A model generated the notes under the pieces. It ran no database searches. It worked only from the letters and a program-made list of their open reading frames with translations, and was not told the origin of the DNA. A DNA stretch of 64,000 nucleotides from Candidatus Dojkabacteria bacterium. GTDB lineage: Bacteria; Patescibacteriota; Dojkabacteria; SC72. The position numbers were made by a program, and so were the translations under genes. The DNA lies in the NCBI GenBank assembly GCA_040767225.1, contig JAXGOY010000005.1:749-64748 (forward strand), given 5' to 3'. Of this stretch, positions 1-10,351 are shown piece by piece. Every line of letters starts with the position of its first letter. Positions within the stretch are counted from its first letter, which is position 1.

Positions 1-359
1 CAGAAGGGGGGAAATTGTATAAAACAGAAGGTAGTGCAGATGTTTTAGCAAGATTTGAATTTGATGTAGTTGCAACAAAAAATCAAGATATTGTATTAGA
101 GTTTCAATACTCTGGCACAGATGAGACTTTGCAATCTGTTATTATTGATGGTGTTACATCTACAAATATTTTAGCTACAAAACCAGCTTCTGCAGTATTT
201 TCATTAGATATTAACGAGAAAATTCCTAAGACAGGAATTAGTATGAATACATTGGGAATAATAGGGGGTATTTTATTAATTCTTGCAGGAGGGTTTGTTA
301 AAAGTAGTTCTCCAAGGTCTTTTACTAAAAGGAGAGGAACAATTGTGGTTTCAGAGTAG
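1..359 (+). CDS. C-terminal fragment of a cell-surface protein; the frame is open to the window edge. A sortase-type sorting signal (IPKTG, then a hydrophobic stretch, then a basic tail) lies at the C-terminus.
   Basis: The ORF-track protein ends ...EKIPKTGISMNTLGIIGGILLILAGGFVKSSSPRSFTKRRG, which is an LPXTG-like motif followed by a TM segment and a K/R tail. There is no stop between position 1 and the first Met. Confidence 0.5.
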   Translation, partial: EGGKLYKTEGSADVLARFEFDVVATKNQDIVLEFQYSGTDETLQSVIIDGVTSTNILATKPASAVFSLDINEKIPKTGISMNTLGIIGGILLILAGGFVKSSSPRSFTKRRGTIVVSE

Positions 360-406
360 AAGTTGATAATGGGCAGGATATTTGATATTATTTTTACACT
401 ATACAA

Positions 407-479
407 GCCGAGATAGCTCAGTTGGTAGAGCATCTGTCTGAAGAACAGAGGGTCCCCAGTTCGATCCTGGGTCTCGGCA
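407..479 (+). tRNA. tRNA-Phe (anticodon GAA)
   Basis: Cloverleaf read directly from the sequence: acceptor gccgaga/tctcggc, anticodon loop cTGAAGa, T-arm ccccagttcgatcctggg. Confidence 0.85.
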
Positions 480-482
480 TAT

Positions 483-556
483 GCGAGAGTAGTTCAGTTG
501 GCTAGAACGACACATTGCCAATGTGTAGGTCGCGGGTTCAAACCCCGTCTCTCGCT
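483..556 (+). tRNA. tRNA-Gly (anticodon GCC), CCA encoded
   Basis: Acceptor gcgagag/ctctcgc, anticodon loop ttGCCaa, T-loop gggttcaaacccc. It lies 3 nt downstream of tRNA-Phe. Confidence 0.85.
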
Positions 557-575
557 CCATTCTGTATTAATGAAA

Positions 576-1223
576 TTATTTTTTCTTTTCTTTCGTTTGA
601 AATTTAACCGATGGTTTTATAAATCCCTTAATTTCTTTTCTATATTTTAGAATTATTGAGCCAAATATATATATTAGTATAATTGGAGTAACCCATGTAT
701 TAAATTTGCTCATATACATTTTTATAGTTTCTAAGTCTCCTCCAACTCTATATCCTAAATATGCGATTATTACAGAATATGCAAAAGAACCTCCTAAGGT
801 TGCTGTAGAAAACTTAAAGGCATTCATCTCTAAAAATCCTGCAGCAAGACTTGTTACAATTCTTAAGTATGGGACAAAACGTGAGGTAAAAATGTAAGTA
901 TAGCTTTGTTGGGCAATCTTTTTTTTACTTTCCTCAAACTTCTTCTGATCAATCTTAAGAAATTTTCCTTTTCCTTCAAGCCATTTATATATATTACTTC
1001 CACTTAATATCCTTCCAATTATATACATAGGATATGCCCCTACCATCTCACCTAGCCCAGAAGCGAGGGCAATTAAGAAGATATTAGTTCCTTCTTCTGC
1101 TGCAAGTACTGCCATTATAATTTCAGTAGGAAAAATTCCAATAGCAGAAAGAAATACTCCCCAGTTGCCCATTCCTATTAGTAGCTCTAGGAGTTTAGTA
1201 AGAATTAAACCAATTATATCCAT
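576..1223 (-). CDS. DedA/SNARE-associated (VTT domain) family membrane protein
   Basis: 215 aa, multi-TM, with a DedA-type core around GIFPTEIIMAVLAAEEG...GRILSG...FVPYLR. Confidence 0.7.
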   Translation of the reverse strand: MDIIGLILTKLLELLIGMGNWGVFLSAIGIFPTEIIMAVLAAEEGTNIFLIALASGLGEMVGAYPMYIIGRILSGSNIYKWLEGKGKFLKIDQKKFEESKKKIAQQSYTYIFTSRFVPYLRIVTSLAAGFLEMNAFKFSTATLGGSFAYSVIIAYLGYRVGGDLETIKMYMSKFNTWVTPIILIYIFGSIILKYRKEIKGFIKPSVKFQTKEKKK

Positions 1224-1297
1224 GTCAAGAATATATCAAAAAAAATATTAAGTTTGAATCTCTTTCAAAATTTCTTTATATAGTTTACACTTTTCAT

Positions 1298-2074
1298 ATG
1301 CAAAGACAAATTGATAAAAGAGAGGTGACTATTAATAAAGTGAGGAGGACTCCTATTGTGATATTCTTAAGAAGTATTCTTCCATTTATTATTATCATTA
1401 TTATAATAGCTATTACCTTTTTAATTGGGTTTTGGAATGTAAAAAAGTTTGAATATGATGAAAGTAAATTAAACAATGTTTCTACTGTTGAGCTTGATGC
1501 ATATCTTGCAGATTTTATTGGTAGAAATATTTTTACAGTAACTCCTGATGAAATTAAATCTGTACTTATCAAAAGTAATGGGTTTATTAAAAATGTGTAT
1601 GTTAAAAAGGTTTTACCATCAAAATTAAATATTACAGTAGAAGAGCATACTCCCCTATATATTGGTTACTCAACAGATAGATGCCTTTTGTTTTCAGATA
1701 CAGGTATTTTAATTTCTGAAATATGTACTAATTGTAAACAGGAGTGTACTGTTAATGAAGAGAGTTTAGGTAAAGTACTTATCGAGTCTACAAGTGTAAT
1801 TGAAAGTGAAAAGAGATTAATATTTTTTGATGAAATTTCTAAAGTTGGAAAGGTACTTGGAGAGTTTGGGTATTTTGTTAATCATGTAAATATTGATAAT
1901 GGAATTGCCCAATTCATTGATGATTCTGGAAGAATTTTTGTCTTTGACTTATCTAATGATCTTGAAACTCAACTTGCTAGAATGTATGCTGTTGGTGCTA
2001 AGATAAATGAGGATTTAATAAAGTTTAGTAGACTTGATTTACGGTTTAAAAGACCTGTTATGGATTTAAAATAG
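1298..2074 (+). CDS. ftsQ: Cell division protein FtsQ/DivIB-like (N-terminal TM plus POTRA-like region)
   Basis: 258 aa with a single N-terminal TM. It sits immediately upstream of ftsA-ftsZ, which is the canonical division-cluster order. Sequence similarity is weak, so position is the main evidence. Confidence 0.55.
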   Translation: MQRQIDKREVTINKVRRTPIVIFLRSILPFIIIIIIIAITFLIGFWNVKKFEYDESKLNNVSTVELDAYLADFIGRNIFTVTPDEIKSVLIKSNGFIKNVYVKKVLPSKLNITVEEHTPLYIGYSTDRCLLFSDTGILISEICTNCKQECTVNEESLGKVLIESTSVIESEKRLIFFDEISKVGKVLGEFGYFVNHVNIDNGIAQFIDDSGRIFVFDLSNDLETQLARMYAVGAKINEDLIKFSRLDLRFKRPVMDLK

Positions 2075-2125
2075 TTGTAAATTAAGAGTAAAAGTGATAT
2101 TAATGTGTAATAGAATAATTTGTTC

Positions 2126-2154
2126 TTGCTAAGTTATGTATTTTTGTTTATATT
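2126..2154 (+). promoter_or_regulatory. Candidate sigma70-type promoter for ftsA (TTGCTA, 17 nt spacer, TATATT)
   Basis: Read in the 130-bp ftsQ-ftsA intergenic region, about 50 nt upstream of the ftsA ATG. Confidence 0.25.
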
Positions 2155-2204
2155 ATACATAACAAGGTTCTAATTTAAGTAATATATGACTGCCCTTAAA
2201 ACAT

Positions 2205-3494
2205 ATGGCACGAAAAATAATAACAGCAATAGATGTAGGATCTTCAAAGATTACTACTGTCATTTCTTCTGTAGAAGAAAATGAAAAGCCCTCAGTAATT
2301 GGTGTTTGTTCTTATCCTAGTAAAGGAATAAAGAAAGGTGTTGTAGTTAATATTGATGATGCTACAAATGCTATTTCTGAAAGTGTTACAGCTGCTGAGA
2401 GAATGGCAGGGGTTACAGTTTCAGATGTTTTAATCTCTATAAATGGGGAGTTAGTTACAAGTCTTAATAATAAGGGGGTTGTTGCTGTTGCAGGCTCTGA
2501 GATTACTGTTGATGATACATATAGAGCAATTGAGAATGCTAGAACTCTTTCTCTGCCTGATAATCTTAATCCCATACATATAATTCCAAGAGAGTTTGTT
2601 GTTGATAATCAAGGTGGGATTAAATATCCAATAGGGATGTCTGGTACAAGACTTGAGGTTGAAACTCATATTATTACAACTCCTAATTCATATTGGCAAA
2701 ATCTTAAAAAGTGTGTTGAACAGCTTGGGCTTAATGTATATGATGTTGTTTTTACTGGCTGGGCATCTTCTTTATCTGTTTTAACTGATACTGAGAAGGA
2801 GCTTGGTGTTACTATGCTTGATATTGGTGCTGGAACAACAAGTATATCAATATTTGATGAGGGGTCAATAATATATAGTGGTGTTATTCCTCTTGGTGGA
2901 ATAAATATTACAAGTGATTTAGCAATTGGGCTTCAAGTATCTTTGGAAGAAGCAGAGAAGATAAAAACTCATATGGGAGATTTGTTAGATAATAAAGCAA
3001 AAGCTAAGAAGTCTTCTTCTGACTCAACACCTGCACTTCTTAGGAAATTAGATGAGGAGGAACCAAAGACAAAGAAGGGAGATGAAATCGATTTATCTGT
3101 TTTAGATATTACAGGGAAGAAGGTTTCTAAAGAGCTACTTGTAAAGATTGTCGAAGCAAGGTGTGAGGAGATATTTGATATGGCAAAAGAGAAGGTAGGT
3201 AAAGCTGGTTTTAAAATGGCCATGCCTGCTGGAATTGTTTTAACAGGTGGTACTTCGCTTCTTAGGGACTTACCAAAGTTTACTCAAGGAGTGTTTGGTG
3301 TTGCTGCAAGAGTTGGGTATCCATCTGGTTTAACAGGTATGATTGAGGAAATTTCTGATCCATCTTTTGCATGTGTTCAGGGTTTGATAAAATATGCATT
3401 AGAAGAAGAGGGTGATTCAGAGGCTATTAAGGTAAAAAGTGGTGGAAATTTAAAAGATAAGATAGTAGAATGGTTTAAGTCTTTAATGCCATAA
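2205..3494 (+). CDS. ftsA: Cell division protein FtsA (actin-like ATPase)
   Basis: 429 aa. N-terminal IITAIDVGSSKITTVI plus the LDIGAGTT and GGTS motifs typical of FtsA. Confidence 0.9.
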   Translation: MARKIITAIDVGSSKITTVISSVEENEKPSVIGVCSYPSKGIKKGVVVNIDDATNAISESVTAAERMAGVTVSDVLISINGELVTSLNNKGVVAVAGSEITVDDTYRAIENARTLSLPDNLNPIHIIPREFVVDNQGGIKYPIGMSGTRLEVETHIITTPNSYWQNLKKCVEQLGLNVYDVVFTGWASSLSVLTDTEKELGVTMLDIGAGTTSISIFDEGSIIYSGVIPLGGINITSDLAIGLQVSLEEAEKIKTHMGDLLDNKAKAKKSSSDSTPALLRKLDEEEPKTKKGDEIDLSVLDITGKKVSKELLVKIVEARCEEIFDMAKEKVGKAGFKMAMPAGIVLTGGTSLLRDLPKFTQGVFGVAARVGYPSGLTGMIEEISDPSFACVQGLIKYALEEEGDSEAIKVKSGGNLKDKIVEWFKSLMP

Positions 3495-3529
3495 ACTGCC
3501 TAGATTAAATTATTAATTGTGTTCAAGTT

Positions 3530-4714
3530 ATGCCTTTAATTACAACAAATGTTGACCCAGTTGCAAAAATAAAAGTAATTGGAGTTGGAGGAGCAGGGTG
3601 TAATGCTATTAACACCATGATGACTGATTATGATATCCCTGGTGTTGAATTTATGGCTTTTAATACAGATGCTCAAACTCTTAAGCTTTCTAAAGCTCCA
3701 GTAACATTACAGTTAGGGGAAACTTTAACTAAAGGTTTAGGAGTTGGAGGAAATCAAGAGCTTGGTGCACAAGCGGCAGAAGAGAGTCTTGATCAGATAC
3801 AGGAGCTGCTTGAAGGAGCTGACATGGTATTTATTACTGCTGGTATGGGAGGAGGTACTGGTACAGGTGCTGCTCCAATTATTGCTGGTGTTGCAAAAAA
3901 TATGGGTGCACTTACAGTTGCTGTTGTTACAAAGCCTTTTGATTTTGAAGGTAAAAGAAGAATGGAAGTTGCGGAAGAGGGGCTCAATAATTTAAGAGAT
4001 AAGGTTGATACACTAATTGTAGTTCCTAATCAGAGGCTACTGGAGATTGCTACTGATAATATTTCTTTTATTGATGCAATGAAGATGGTTGACTCTGTTC
4101 TCGCAGAAGGTGTTAATAGTATATCAATGCTCATTAGCCAAACAGGATATATTAATGCTGACTTTAATGATGCGAAATCAGTAATGCAAAATGCTGGTAC
4201 AGCACTTATGGGTATTGGTAGGGCAAGTGGAGAAAAGAGGGCAGAACTTGCAGCAAGAGCAGCTACAACCAGTCCTTTGCTGGATATGTCTATTGAGGGA
4301 GCAACAGGAGTTCTTTACAATATTGTAGGAGCAGATCTTACTTTACCTGAAATTAGTCTTGTATCAGAGTTAATTAAAGAAGCTGTAGATCCATCTGCAA
4401 ATATTAAGTTTGGAGCACAAATAGACCCTTCATTAGGTGATGAAATTGTTATTACAATTGTTGCTACAGGTTTTGATGAAAAGAAGCAGGTATATACAAA
4501 GAAACAGAAAGGTGAAGAAGATGAAGTAGATATATTTGGTTTAGAAGGTGTTACTGATGAAATTAAGTCGTTTGAAGAAGAAGAAAAAACTCCTGAAGAG
4601 AATGTACAAAAAGAGGAAGAGAGCTATATTGATACTATTCCGCAGCCAGATGAGTTTGAAGACCCTCTTGATAAACCTGCTTTTATGAGGAAAATATTTA
4701 AAAAGAAGGAATAA
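3530..4714 (+). CDS. ftsZ: Cell division GTPase FtsZ
   Basis: [11 protein letters not shown] and the tubulin signature [13 protein letters not shown] are present. The acidic C-terminal tail ends in a conserved-looking peptide, DKPAFMRK. Confidence 0.95.
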   Translation: MPLITTNVDPVAKIKVIGVGGAGCNAINTMMTDYDIPGVEFMAFNTDAQTLKLSKAPVTLQLGETLTKGLGVGGNQELGAQAAEESLDQIQELLEGADMVFITAGMGGGTGTGAAPIIAGVAKNMGALTVAVVTKPFDFEGKRRMEVAEEGLNNLRDKVDTLIVVPNQRLLEIATDNISFIDAMKMVDSVLAEGVNSISMLISQTGYINADFNDAKSVMQNAGTALMGIGRASGEKRAELAARAATTSPLLDMSIEGATGVLYNIVGADLTLPEISLVSELIKEAVDPSANIKFGAQIDPSLGDEIVITIVATGFDEKKQVYTKKQKGEEDEVDIFGLEGVTDEIKSFEEEEKTPEENVQKEEESYIDTIPQPDEFEDPLDKPAFMRKIFKKKE

Positions 4715-4768
4715 TACAAGTAAAAGTATTTCTCTCCTTCTACTTTTCTGCTAGTATCATTAGTATTA

Positions 4769-6073
4769 ATGAAGTTAGAAAGTAAAAAGATAAAAAGGAT
4801 TAAAGCAGACCCATATTTGTTAATTCCATCTATACTTATCTCTTTTATAGGTATAGTTACTTTACTGTCAACAACTATTGATAGTAATGGACAGTTTGGA
4901 GATATTAGCATTGTAAAAAAGCAGGTAATATTTCTTCTAATTGGTTTTATCGTATATTTTTTAATTTCTCTGTTTGATGTAAGTTTGTTTAAGTATATTC
5001 AGATTATTATCCCAATATATGTTTTAACTTTGATTTTACTTATCTGTGTATATTTATTTGGTCCTGTAATTAATAATGTACAAAGGTGGCTTGTTATTGG
5101 TGGAGTACAGTTACAACCTTCTGAGATTGCTAAGGTTACTGTTATATTAACAACTGCCTGTATATTTTCTCTTAGAGGAAAGTATAATCAGTGGGTTTTA
5201 CTGCTTATTTCATTTCTAGCAATGCTCCCTATATTCCTTCTCATTTACTTTGAACCAGCAGGAAGTATGTCTCTTTTAATACTCTTAATATGGTTTCTAG
5301 TGGCATTTACAGGACTAAGTAATCAATTAAGAAATAGCATTGCACTTCTTATTGCAGGTTTAGTTGCTATATCAATATTCTTACTTAGTTTTAGTGGTAA
5401 TTGGCTATATATTTTAATTGGTGTAGCTGGAACAATTATTGGGATTTTTGCATTCTATTTTAGAGACAGCTGGAGAATTATTGTATCAGTAAGCTTTTGT
5501 ATAGGGGTGCTTTTAGGTCTTGTATCAATGTTTTTGTATAACGATGTATTAAAAGATTACCAAAGAAAAAGAATTGAGGCATTTTTAAATCCTACACAAA
5601 GCACTCAAGATATAGGTTTTAATGTTAATCAGGCAAGAATAGCAATTGGGTCCGGACAGATATTTGGGAAGGGCTTTGGAAACGGTACTCAAAGTAAAAG
5701 GGATTTTCTACCTGAGCATCAAACAGATTTCATATTTGCATCATTTGCAGAAGAATTTGGTCTTGTTGGTTCTCTTTTTCTTCTTGCCTTGTATGGAATT
5801 ATTATTATTCGCATATTGGTTATTACTATAAGTAGTGGTGATACATTTAGTTCTATGATTCTTGTAGGCATAGCAATGAAGATTTTGTTTGAGGTATTTA
5901 TTAATATTGGAACAAACCTTGGTGTTATACCTGCCACTGGTATTCCTTTGCCGTTAATGAGTGCAGGAGGAACTATTACAATTATGACTCTTTTGTGTTT
6001 AGGTATTGTTCAAAGTATAATCAATAGGAAAGATACATACAAAAGTACAAATGATATAATTGACAATTATTGA
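4769..6073 (+). CDS. ftsW: SEDS-family peptidoglycan glycosyltransferase (FtsW/RodA)
   Basis: 434 aa with about 10 TM helices. Conserved block: GSGQIFGKGFGNG...LPEHQTDFIFA...EEFG. Confidence 0.8.
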   Translation: MKLESKKIKRIKADPYLLIPSILISFIGIVTLLSTTIDSNGQFGDISIVKKQVIFLLIGFIVYFLISLFDVSLFKYIQIIIPIYVLTLILLICVYLFGPVINNVQRWLVIGGVQLQPSEIAKVTVILTTACIFSLRGKYNQWVLLLISFLAMLPIFLLIYFEPAGSMSLLILLIWFLVAFTGLSNQLRNSIALLIAGLVAISIFLLSFSGNWLYILIGVAGTIIGIFAFYFRDSWRIIVSVSFCIGVLLGLVSMFLYNDVLKDYQRKRIEAFLNPTQSTQDIGFNVNQARIAIGSGQIFGKGFGNGTQSKRDFLPEHQTDFIFASFAEEFGLVGSLFLLALYGIIIIRILVITISSGDTFSSMILVGIAMKILFEVFINIGTNLGVIPATGIPLPLMSAGGTITIMTLLCLGIVQSIINRKDTYKSTNDIIDNY

Positions 6074-6097
6074 ATTATAACTTAAAATCCTTTAATC

Positions 6098-6430
6098 ATG
6101 AGTAAAAATGAAAAGAAAGAAAAGTTTGCAGTCATTAAATTAGGTGGAGCACAGCTTAAAGTTGTTGAAGGGAAGGAGTATGAAGTTAACAAACTGGATG
6201 GAAAGAAGGGTGATAAGATTGAGATTAGTGAGGTTCTTCTTTTAGCTAATGGTGATGATGTAAAAATTGGTACTCCATATGTAGAAGGGAGTAAAGTCAC
6301 TTTAGAGATAACATCACGGAAAAAGGATAAAAAAGTTGATGTGTTTAAGTACAAAGCAAAATCAAGATACAGAAAAAGTGCTGGTCATAGGAGTTTAATT
6401 ACAAAAGTATTAGTAAAAAAGATAGTCTAA
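6098..6430 (+). CDS. rplU: 50S ribosomal protein L21
   Basis: FAVIKLGGAQLKVVEG...KSRYRKSAGHRSLITKV. The stop overlaps the next start (TAATG). Confidence 0.9.
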   Translation: MSKNEKKEKFAVIKLGGAQLKVVEGKEYEVNKLDGKKGDKIEISEVLLLANGDDVKIGTPYVEGSKVTLEITSRKKDKKVDVFKYKAKSRYRKSAGHRSLITKVLVKKIV

Positions 6431-7596
6431 TGCAATATTTTTTTGAGTGTGGTAATTTCTTCAATATTTCTCTTGCAGAGCTAAATCTTGTATTTGAAGC
6501 TTTTGGTATTTCAAAAGATTGTATTAAGAGGTTTAATGATATTGTATTAATAGTTGAGAGTAAAAGTGTTACGAAAGATACTCTTGATAGGATATTTAAT
6601 AGGCTAGGTGGATTTATTAGATATGGAGAAATAATTGACGACCTTGATACATTTTTAACTCCATATTTTGAGAAAGAGAAGATAACATTTGGTATTTCTA
6701 TACTTGGGCAGAGCAAGCTAAGAAGGAAGGATATTGAGAGACTTACTAATGAGATTAAAAGGGGTTTTAAGAGTAGTAATGTATCTTCCCGATTTATTCT
6801 TCCAAAAGAATTTGAACTTAATGCAGCACAGATATTTAATAATGACATATTAAATAGTGGATTTGAGCTGTGTATTTTTGAAAATGAAAAGAAAAGGGTA
6901 TATGGTAAGACATTAAAAGTACAAGATATTAACTCTTTTATTAAAAGGGATATACAAAGACCTCAGGTAGATTTTGAAATGGGAGTACTTCCTCAGAAAC
7001 TTGCAAGAATAATGTGTAATCTTACAGGTTTGCAGAGTGGTATTATTTGGGATCCTTTTTGTGGTAGTGGTACTATTCTTATGGAAGCTGCTGTACTAGG
7101 CTTTGATGTTTTGGGCTCTGATATTGATGTTAATGCATTAAACCTTGCGAATGAGAATATGATATGGCTCTCAAAAGAAGGGATTATAAAAGGAATAAAG
7201 TATAATCTGTTTCAACTGGATATTTACAATGTTGAGAAAAAAGTTGTTACTGATTTAAAGCATACAGGAATAAATGCAGTGGTATGTGAGCCATTTATGG
7301 GTCCACCTCAAAGGAAGCTACTGAGTGTTAACAAGGCGAACTTGTTAATAGAGAGTGCAACAAAACTGTATCTTTCTCTTTTCCATGTTTTAAATGAAAT
7401 ATCCCAAAAAGGTTTTAGAGTTGTAATTGTTCTTCCCTCTTACAAAACAAATAAAGGATGGGTTGATATGAATATTTCTCAGTTTATTAATAAAAAGTGG
7501 GAGGTTTTAAATAAAAAATACTCTTCACAGGACTTGAAATGGAAGAGGATAAATAGTATTATTGCAAGGAATATTTTCATTCTTGAAAAGAAGTAA
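6430..7596 (+). CDS. Putative SAM-dependent RNA methyltransferase (THUMP-associated, N6A/m2G-type fold)
   Basis: Motif I-like IWDPFCGSGTILMEAA and a motif IV-like VCEPFMGPP. It sits between rplU and rpmA, the slot where Firmicutes carry the L27 protease Prp. Confidence 0.45.
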   Translation: MQYFFECGNFFNISLAELNLVFEAFGISKDCIKRFNDIVLIVESKSVTKDTLDRIFNRLGGFIRYGEIIDDLDTFLTPYFEKEKITFGISILGQSKLRRKDIERLTNEIKRGFKSSNVSSRFILPKEFELNAAQIFNNDILNSGFELCIFENEKKRVYGKTLKVQDINSFIKRDIQRPQVDFEMGVLPQKLARIMCNLTGLQSGIIWDPFCGSGTILMEAAVLGFDVLGSDIDVNALNLANENMIWLSKEGIIKGIKYNLFQLDIYNVEKKVVTDLKHTGINAVVCEPFMGPPQRKLLSVNKANLLIESATKLYLSLFHVLNEISQKGFRVVIVLPSYKTNKGWVDMNISQFINKKWEVLNKKYSSQDLKWKRINSIIARNIFILEKK

Positions 7597-7618
7597 TTAA
7601 ATTAAATTATATATAGCA

Positions 7619-7885
7619 ATGTCACATGTAGTAGGAGCAGGAAGTGTTGCAATGGGAGGAAATGTTGCTGGTAAGAGACTAGGTGTTAAGAAGTTTGAGG
7701 GAGAAAAAGTTAAAGCAGGAAATATTATTGTAAAGCAAAGAGGATCTGTTTATCATCCTGGTAGAAACACATATCTTTCCAAAGATTACTCTATTCATGC
7801 TAAAACGGACGGCTTTGTTAAATTCCGAAAAATGAGTGGGTTTAAAAGAGGCCGTTACTATATAGATGTGGTAGAATCTATATAG
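7619..7885 (+). CDS. rpmA: 50S ribosomal protein L27
   Basis: KRLGVKKFEGEKVKAGNIIVKQRGSVYHPGRN...HAKTDGFVKF. The N-terminus reads SHVVGAGS where AHKKGGGS is usual. Confidence 0.85.
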   Translation: MSHVVGAGSVAMGGNVAGKRLGVKKFEGEKVKAGNIIVKQRGSVYHPGRNTYLSKDYSIHAKTDGFVKFRKMSGFKRGRYYIDVVESI

Positions 7886-7890
7886 TAAAT

Positions 7891-8634
7891 ATGAGTAAAG
7901 ATAGATTTATCCAAATAGAGAGTAAGAATGCATTAGTTGAACTGCTAAGAGAGGGCAGGGATTTTGAGCGTATATATATTGCAAGTAGTGCATACCGTGA
8001 TGATAAAACAAAGGAGATTGTAAAACTTGCTGGTGAAAAGAAAATTCCAATACTTAGAGTTCCAAGAAAAGCACTTCAGAGAAGGCTTAGAAGTTCAAGT
8101 TCAGAGAGTGTAGTAGGGATGATGTTTTCACAAAATCAGTGGAATTTAGATGAGTTACTTGAAAGCATATACAATGAAAAGAAAATTCCATTCTTTCTGA
8201 TTTTTGATGATATTAAATATACTCAAAATATTGCTGCAATAATGAGAACAGCTTTTGCCACTGGAGTAAATGGAATAATTACTCATCCTTCTAATGTAAA
8301 TTTAGTGACAGATGAGACTATTAGAATATCAATGGGTGCTGCTGAAAGAATACCACTTGTAGAGATGAACTTGTTTATGGCAGTAAAAAAACTTAAAGAG
8401 GAAGGAGTAAAAATATATGGTCTTCATATGGAGGGCGAGACATATTTTAAAGCAGATTTAACTGGTCCTATTGCTTTTGTTCTAGGAGCAGAGGACAGTG
8501 GTATATCATCTGGAATGCTTGAGAGGGTTGATAAAATGCTATCAATACCTATGAGAGAGGGTATAGGGTCATTAAATGTAAGTGCTAGTGCAGCTGTTAT
8601 TATGTATGAGAAGCTTAGACAAGAAGTTTCTTAG
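7891..8634 (+). CDS. TrmH/SpoU-family RNA 2'-O-methyltransferase
   Basis: SPOUT motifs NIAAIMRTAFATGVNGII, VLGAEDSGIS and GSLNVSASAAVIMYE. Confidence 0.75.
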   Translation: MSKDRFIQIESKNALVELLREGRDFERIYIASSAYRDDKTKEIVKLAGEKKIPILRVPRKALQRRLRSSSSESVVGMMFSQNQWNLDELLESIYNEKKIPFFLIFDDIKYTQNIAAIMRTAFATGVNGIITHPSNVNLVTDETIRISMGAAERIPLVEMNLFMAVKKLKEEGVKIYGLHMEGETYFKADLTGPIAFVLGAEDSGISSGMLERVDKMLSIPMREGIGSLNVSASAAVIMYEKLRQEVS

Positions 8635-9507
8635 TTAAAATTCATTAGGTTTATCAATACCTAATTTTTTTAATAATTCTTCCAATTGTTGTTTTGATTC
8701 ATACTTTATTATTACTCTTCCTCCCTTTGCCAACTTTCTTATACGAGTATTGTATCCAATTGTCTCAGTAATCATTCTTGCATATCTGACTAAATCAGGA
8801 GTTTCATCTTCAAAAGTTCTGTATCTAGGATTCTTCCCAAATATTACCTTTCTAACCAGCTCTTCTGTTTGTCTTACACTTAACTTTCTTTTTACAACAA
8901 TATCTGCTGCTGCAACAATAGACTCAGGGTCTTTAATTCCAAGGAGTGCTCTAGCATGTCCTTCTGTTATTGTTTCATTTAATACCATCTCTTGTACTGA
9001 CTCTGGGAGATTAAGCAGTCTTCTTTTGTTTGTTACTGCAACTCTGCTAATACCAAGCTTCTTTCCAATTTCTGACTGTTTCATTCCAAATTCATCTTGA
9101 AGTTGAGCAAATGCATGAGCTTCCTCTAGTGGATTTAAATCTTTTCTTTGAATGTTTTCTATTAAAGCAAGTTCAAGCATCTGCTGTGGAGATGATTCTT
9201 TAATGACAACAGGAACATATTTAAAACCAGCAAGCTGTGCTGCTCTATATCTCCTTTCACCTGCGATTATGAAGTATTTATCCGAATTAGGGTCTCTTGT
9301 AACAATTAGGGGTTGTATAACACCATTTACTCTAATTGAATCAGCTAATCCAATCAGATCACCAGGCTCTATTTTCATTCTTGGCTGATATGGGTTTGGC
9401 AGTATCTTTGATATATCAAAATTTTCAACATATGAGCTGTCAATATTACTTATTTCAGGTGCATCTATTAATGCTGCCAGTCCTTTTCCTAATCTGTTTT
9501 CATCCAT
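8635..9507 (-). CDS. parB: Chromosome partitioning protein ParB/Spo0J
   Basis: ParB box GERRYRAA plus an HTH, and an N-terminal LGKGLAALI. Confidence 0.9.
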   Translation of the reverse strand: MDENRLGKGLAALIDAPEISNIDSSYVENFDISKILPNPYQPRMKIEPGDLIGLADSIRVNGVIQPLIVTRDPNSDKYFIIAGERRYRAAQLAGFKYVPVVIKESSPQQMLELALIENIQRKDLNPLEEAHAFAQLQDEFGMKQSEIGKKLGISRVAVTNKRRLLNLPESVQEMVLNETITEGHARALLGIKDPESIVAAADIVVKRKLSVRQTEELVRKVIFGKNPRYRTFEDETPDLVRYARMITETIGYNTRIRKLAKGGRVIIKYESKQQLEELLKKLGIDKPNEF

Positions 9508-9524
9508 ATTAAAATATTAACAAT

Positions 9525-10316
9525 TTAAAAAAACTTTTTTAAAAACTCTTTTGCTAAGTTATTATAAGCGAGTGCTCCTGTAGATTTCTCATCATATTGA
9601 AATATCGTTTTACCATGAGAAGGTGCTTCTGATAGTCTTACATTTCTTGGAACAATAGTGTTAAAGGAGAGGTCTTTAAAGAATTCTCTTACATCTTTTA
9701 CCACATTGAAAGAAAGTCTTGTTCTTGAGTCATACATAGTAAGTATTACACCGCCTAACTCTAATGATGGGTTTATACTTTTTACAAGTTTTGTTGTATT
9801 GATAAGCTGGCCTAAACCTTCTAGGGCAAAATATTCACACTGTATTGGTATTATTAAATTATCTCCTGCACACAGGCCATTAATAGTAAGAAGTCCAAGA
9901 GAGGGAGGACAGTCAATTATTGCAATATCAAAATCATTCTTTACATCAGTAAGTGCTTTTTTAAGCAGTGTTTCTCTTGACATCATACTTACCATTTCTA
10001 TTTCTGCTCCTGCAAGTGAAAGGTGAGATGGAACAAGAAAGAGGTTAGGAGTTGATGTCGAGACAAATACTGATCTGATTGGAATTGAATTTATTAACAC
10101 ATCATATATATTTTTGTATGGTGCTTGTTGATTTTTATTCCAGCTTTGCTTATCAAACTGTTTGGTGAACCCTATGCCTGATGAAAGATTAGATTGAGGG
10201 TCTAAGTCTACGAGTAGGACCCTTTTCCCTTGTTGTGCTATGGCTGCACCTAAATTAAGTACAGTAGTAGTTTTTCCTACCCCTCCTTTTTGATTAGCAA
10301 CAACAAAAGTTTTCAT
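9525..10316 (-). CDS. parA: Chromosome partitioning ATPase ParA/Soj
   Basis: Deviant Walker A: NQKGGVGKTTT. Confidence 0.9.
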   Translation of the reverse strand: MKTFVVANQKGGVGKTTTVLNLGAAIAQQGKRVLLVDLDPQSNLSSGIGFTKQFDKQSWNKNQQAPYKNIYDVLINSIPIRSVFVSTSTPNLFLVPSHLSLAGAEIEMVSMMSRETLLKKALTDVKNDFDIAIIDCPPSLGLLTINGLCAGDNLIIPIQCEYFALEGLGQLINTTKLVKSINPSLELGGVILTMYDSRTRLSFNVVKDVREFFKDLSFNTIVPRNVRLSEAPSHGKTIFQYDEKSTGALAYNNLAKEFLKKFF

Positions 10317-10351
10317 ATAATTAATTTACCATGTTTCACACACAGAGTCTA

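Noticed and set aside
104-433. 109-aa minus-strand ORF overlapping the 3' end of the surface-protein CDS and tRNA-Phe
   Set aside because: Antisense to a well-supported CDS and running into a tRNA gene. Low-complexity translation. Likely spurious.
2312-2669. Two minus-strand ORFs (87 and 72 aa) inside ftsA
   Set aside because: Antisense shadows of a highly conserved gene.
3744-3995. Plus-strand 83-aa and minus-strand 64-aa ORFs inside ftsZ
   Set aside because: Alternative frames of ftsZ. Q/L-rich low-complexity translations.
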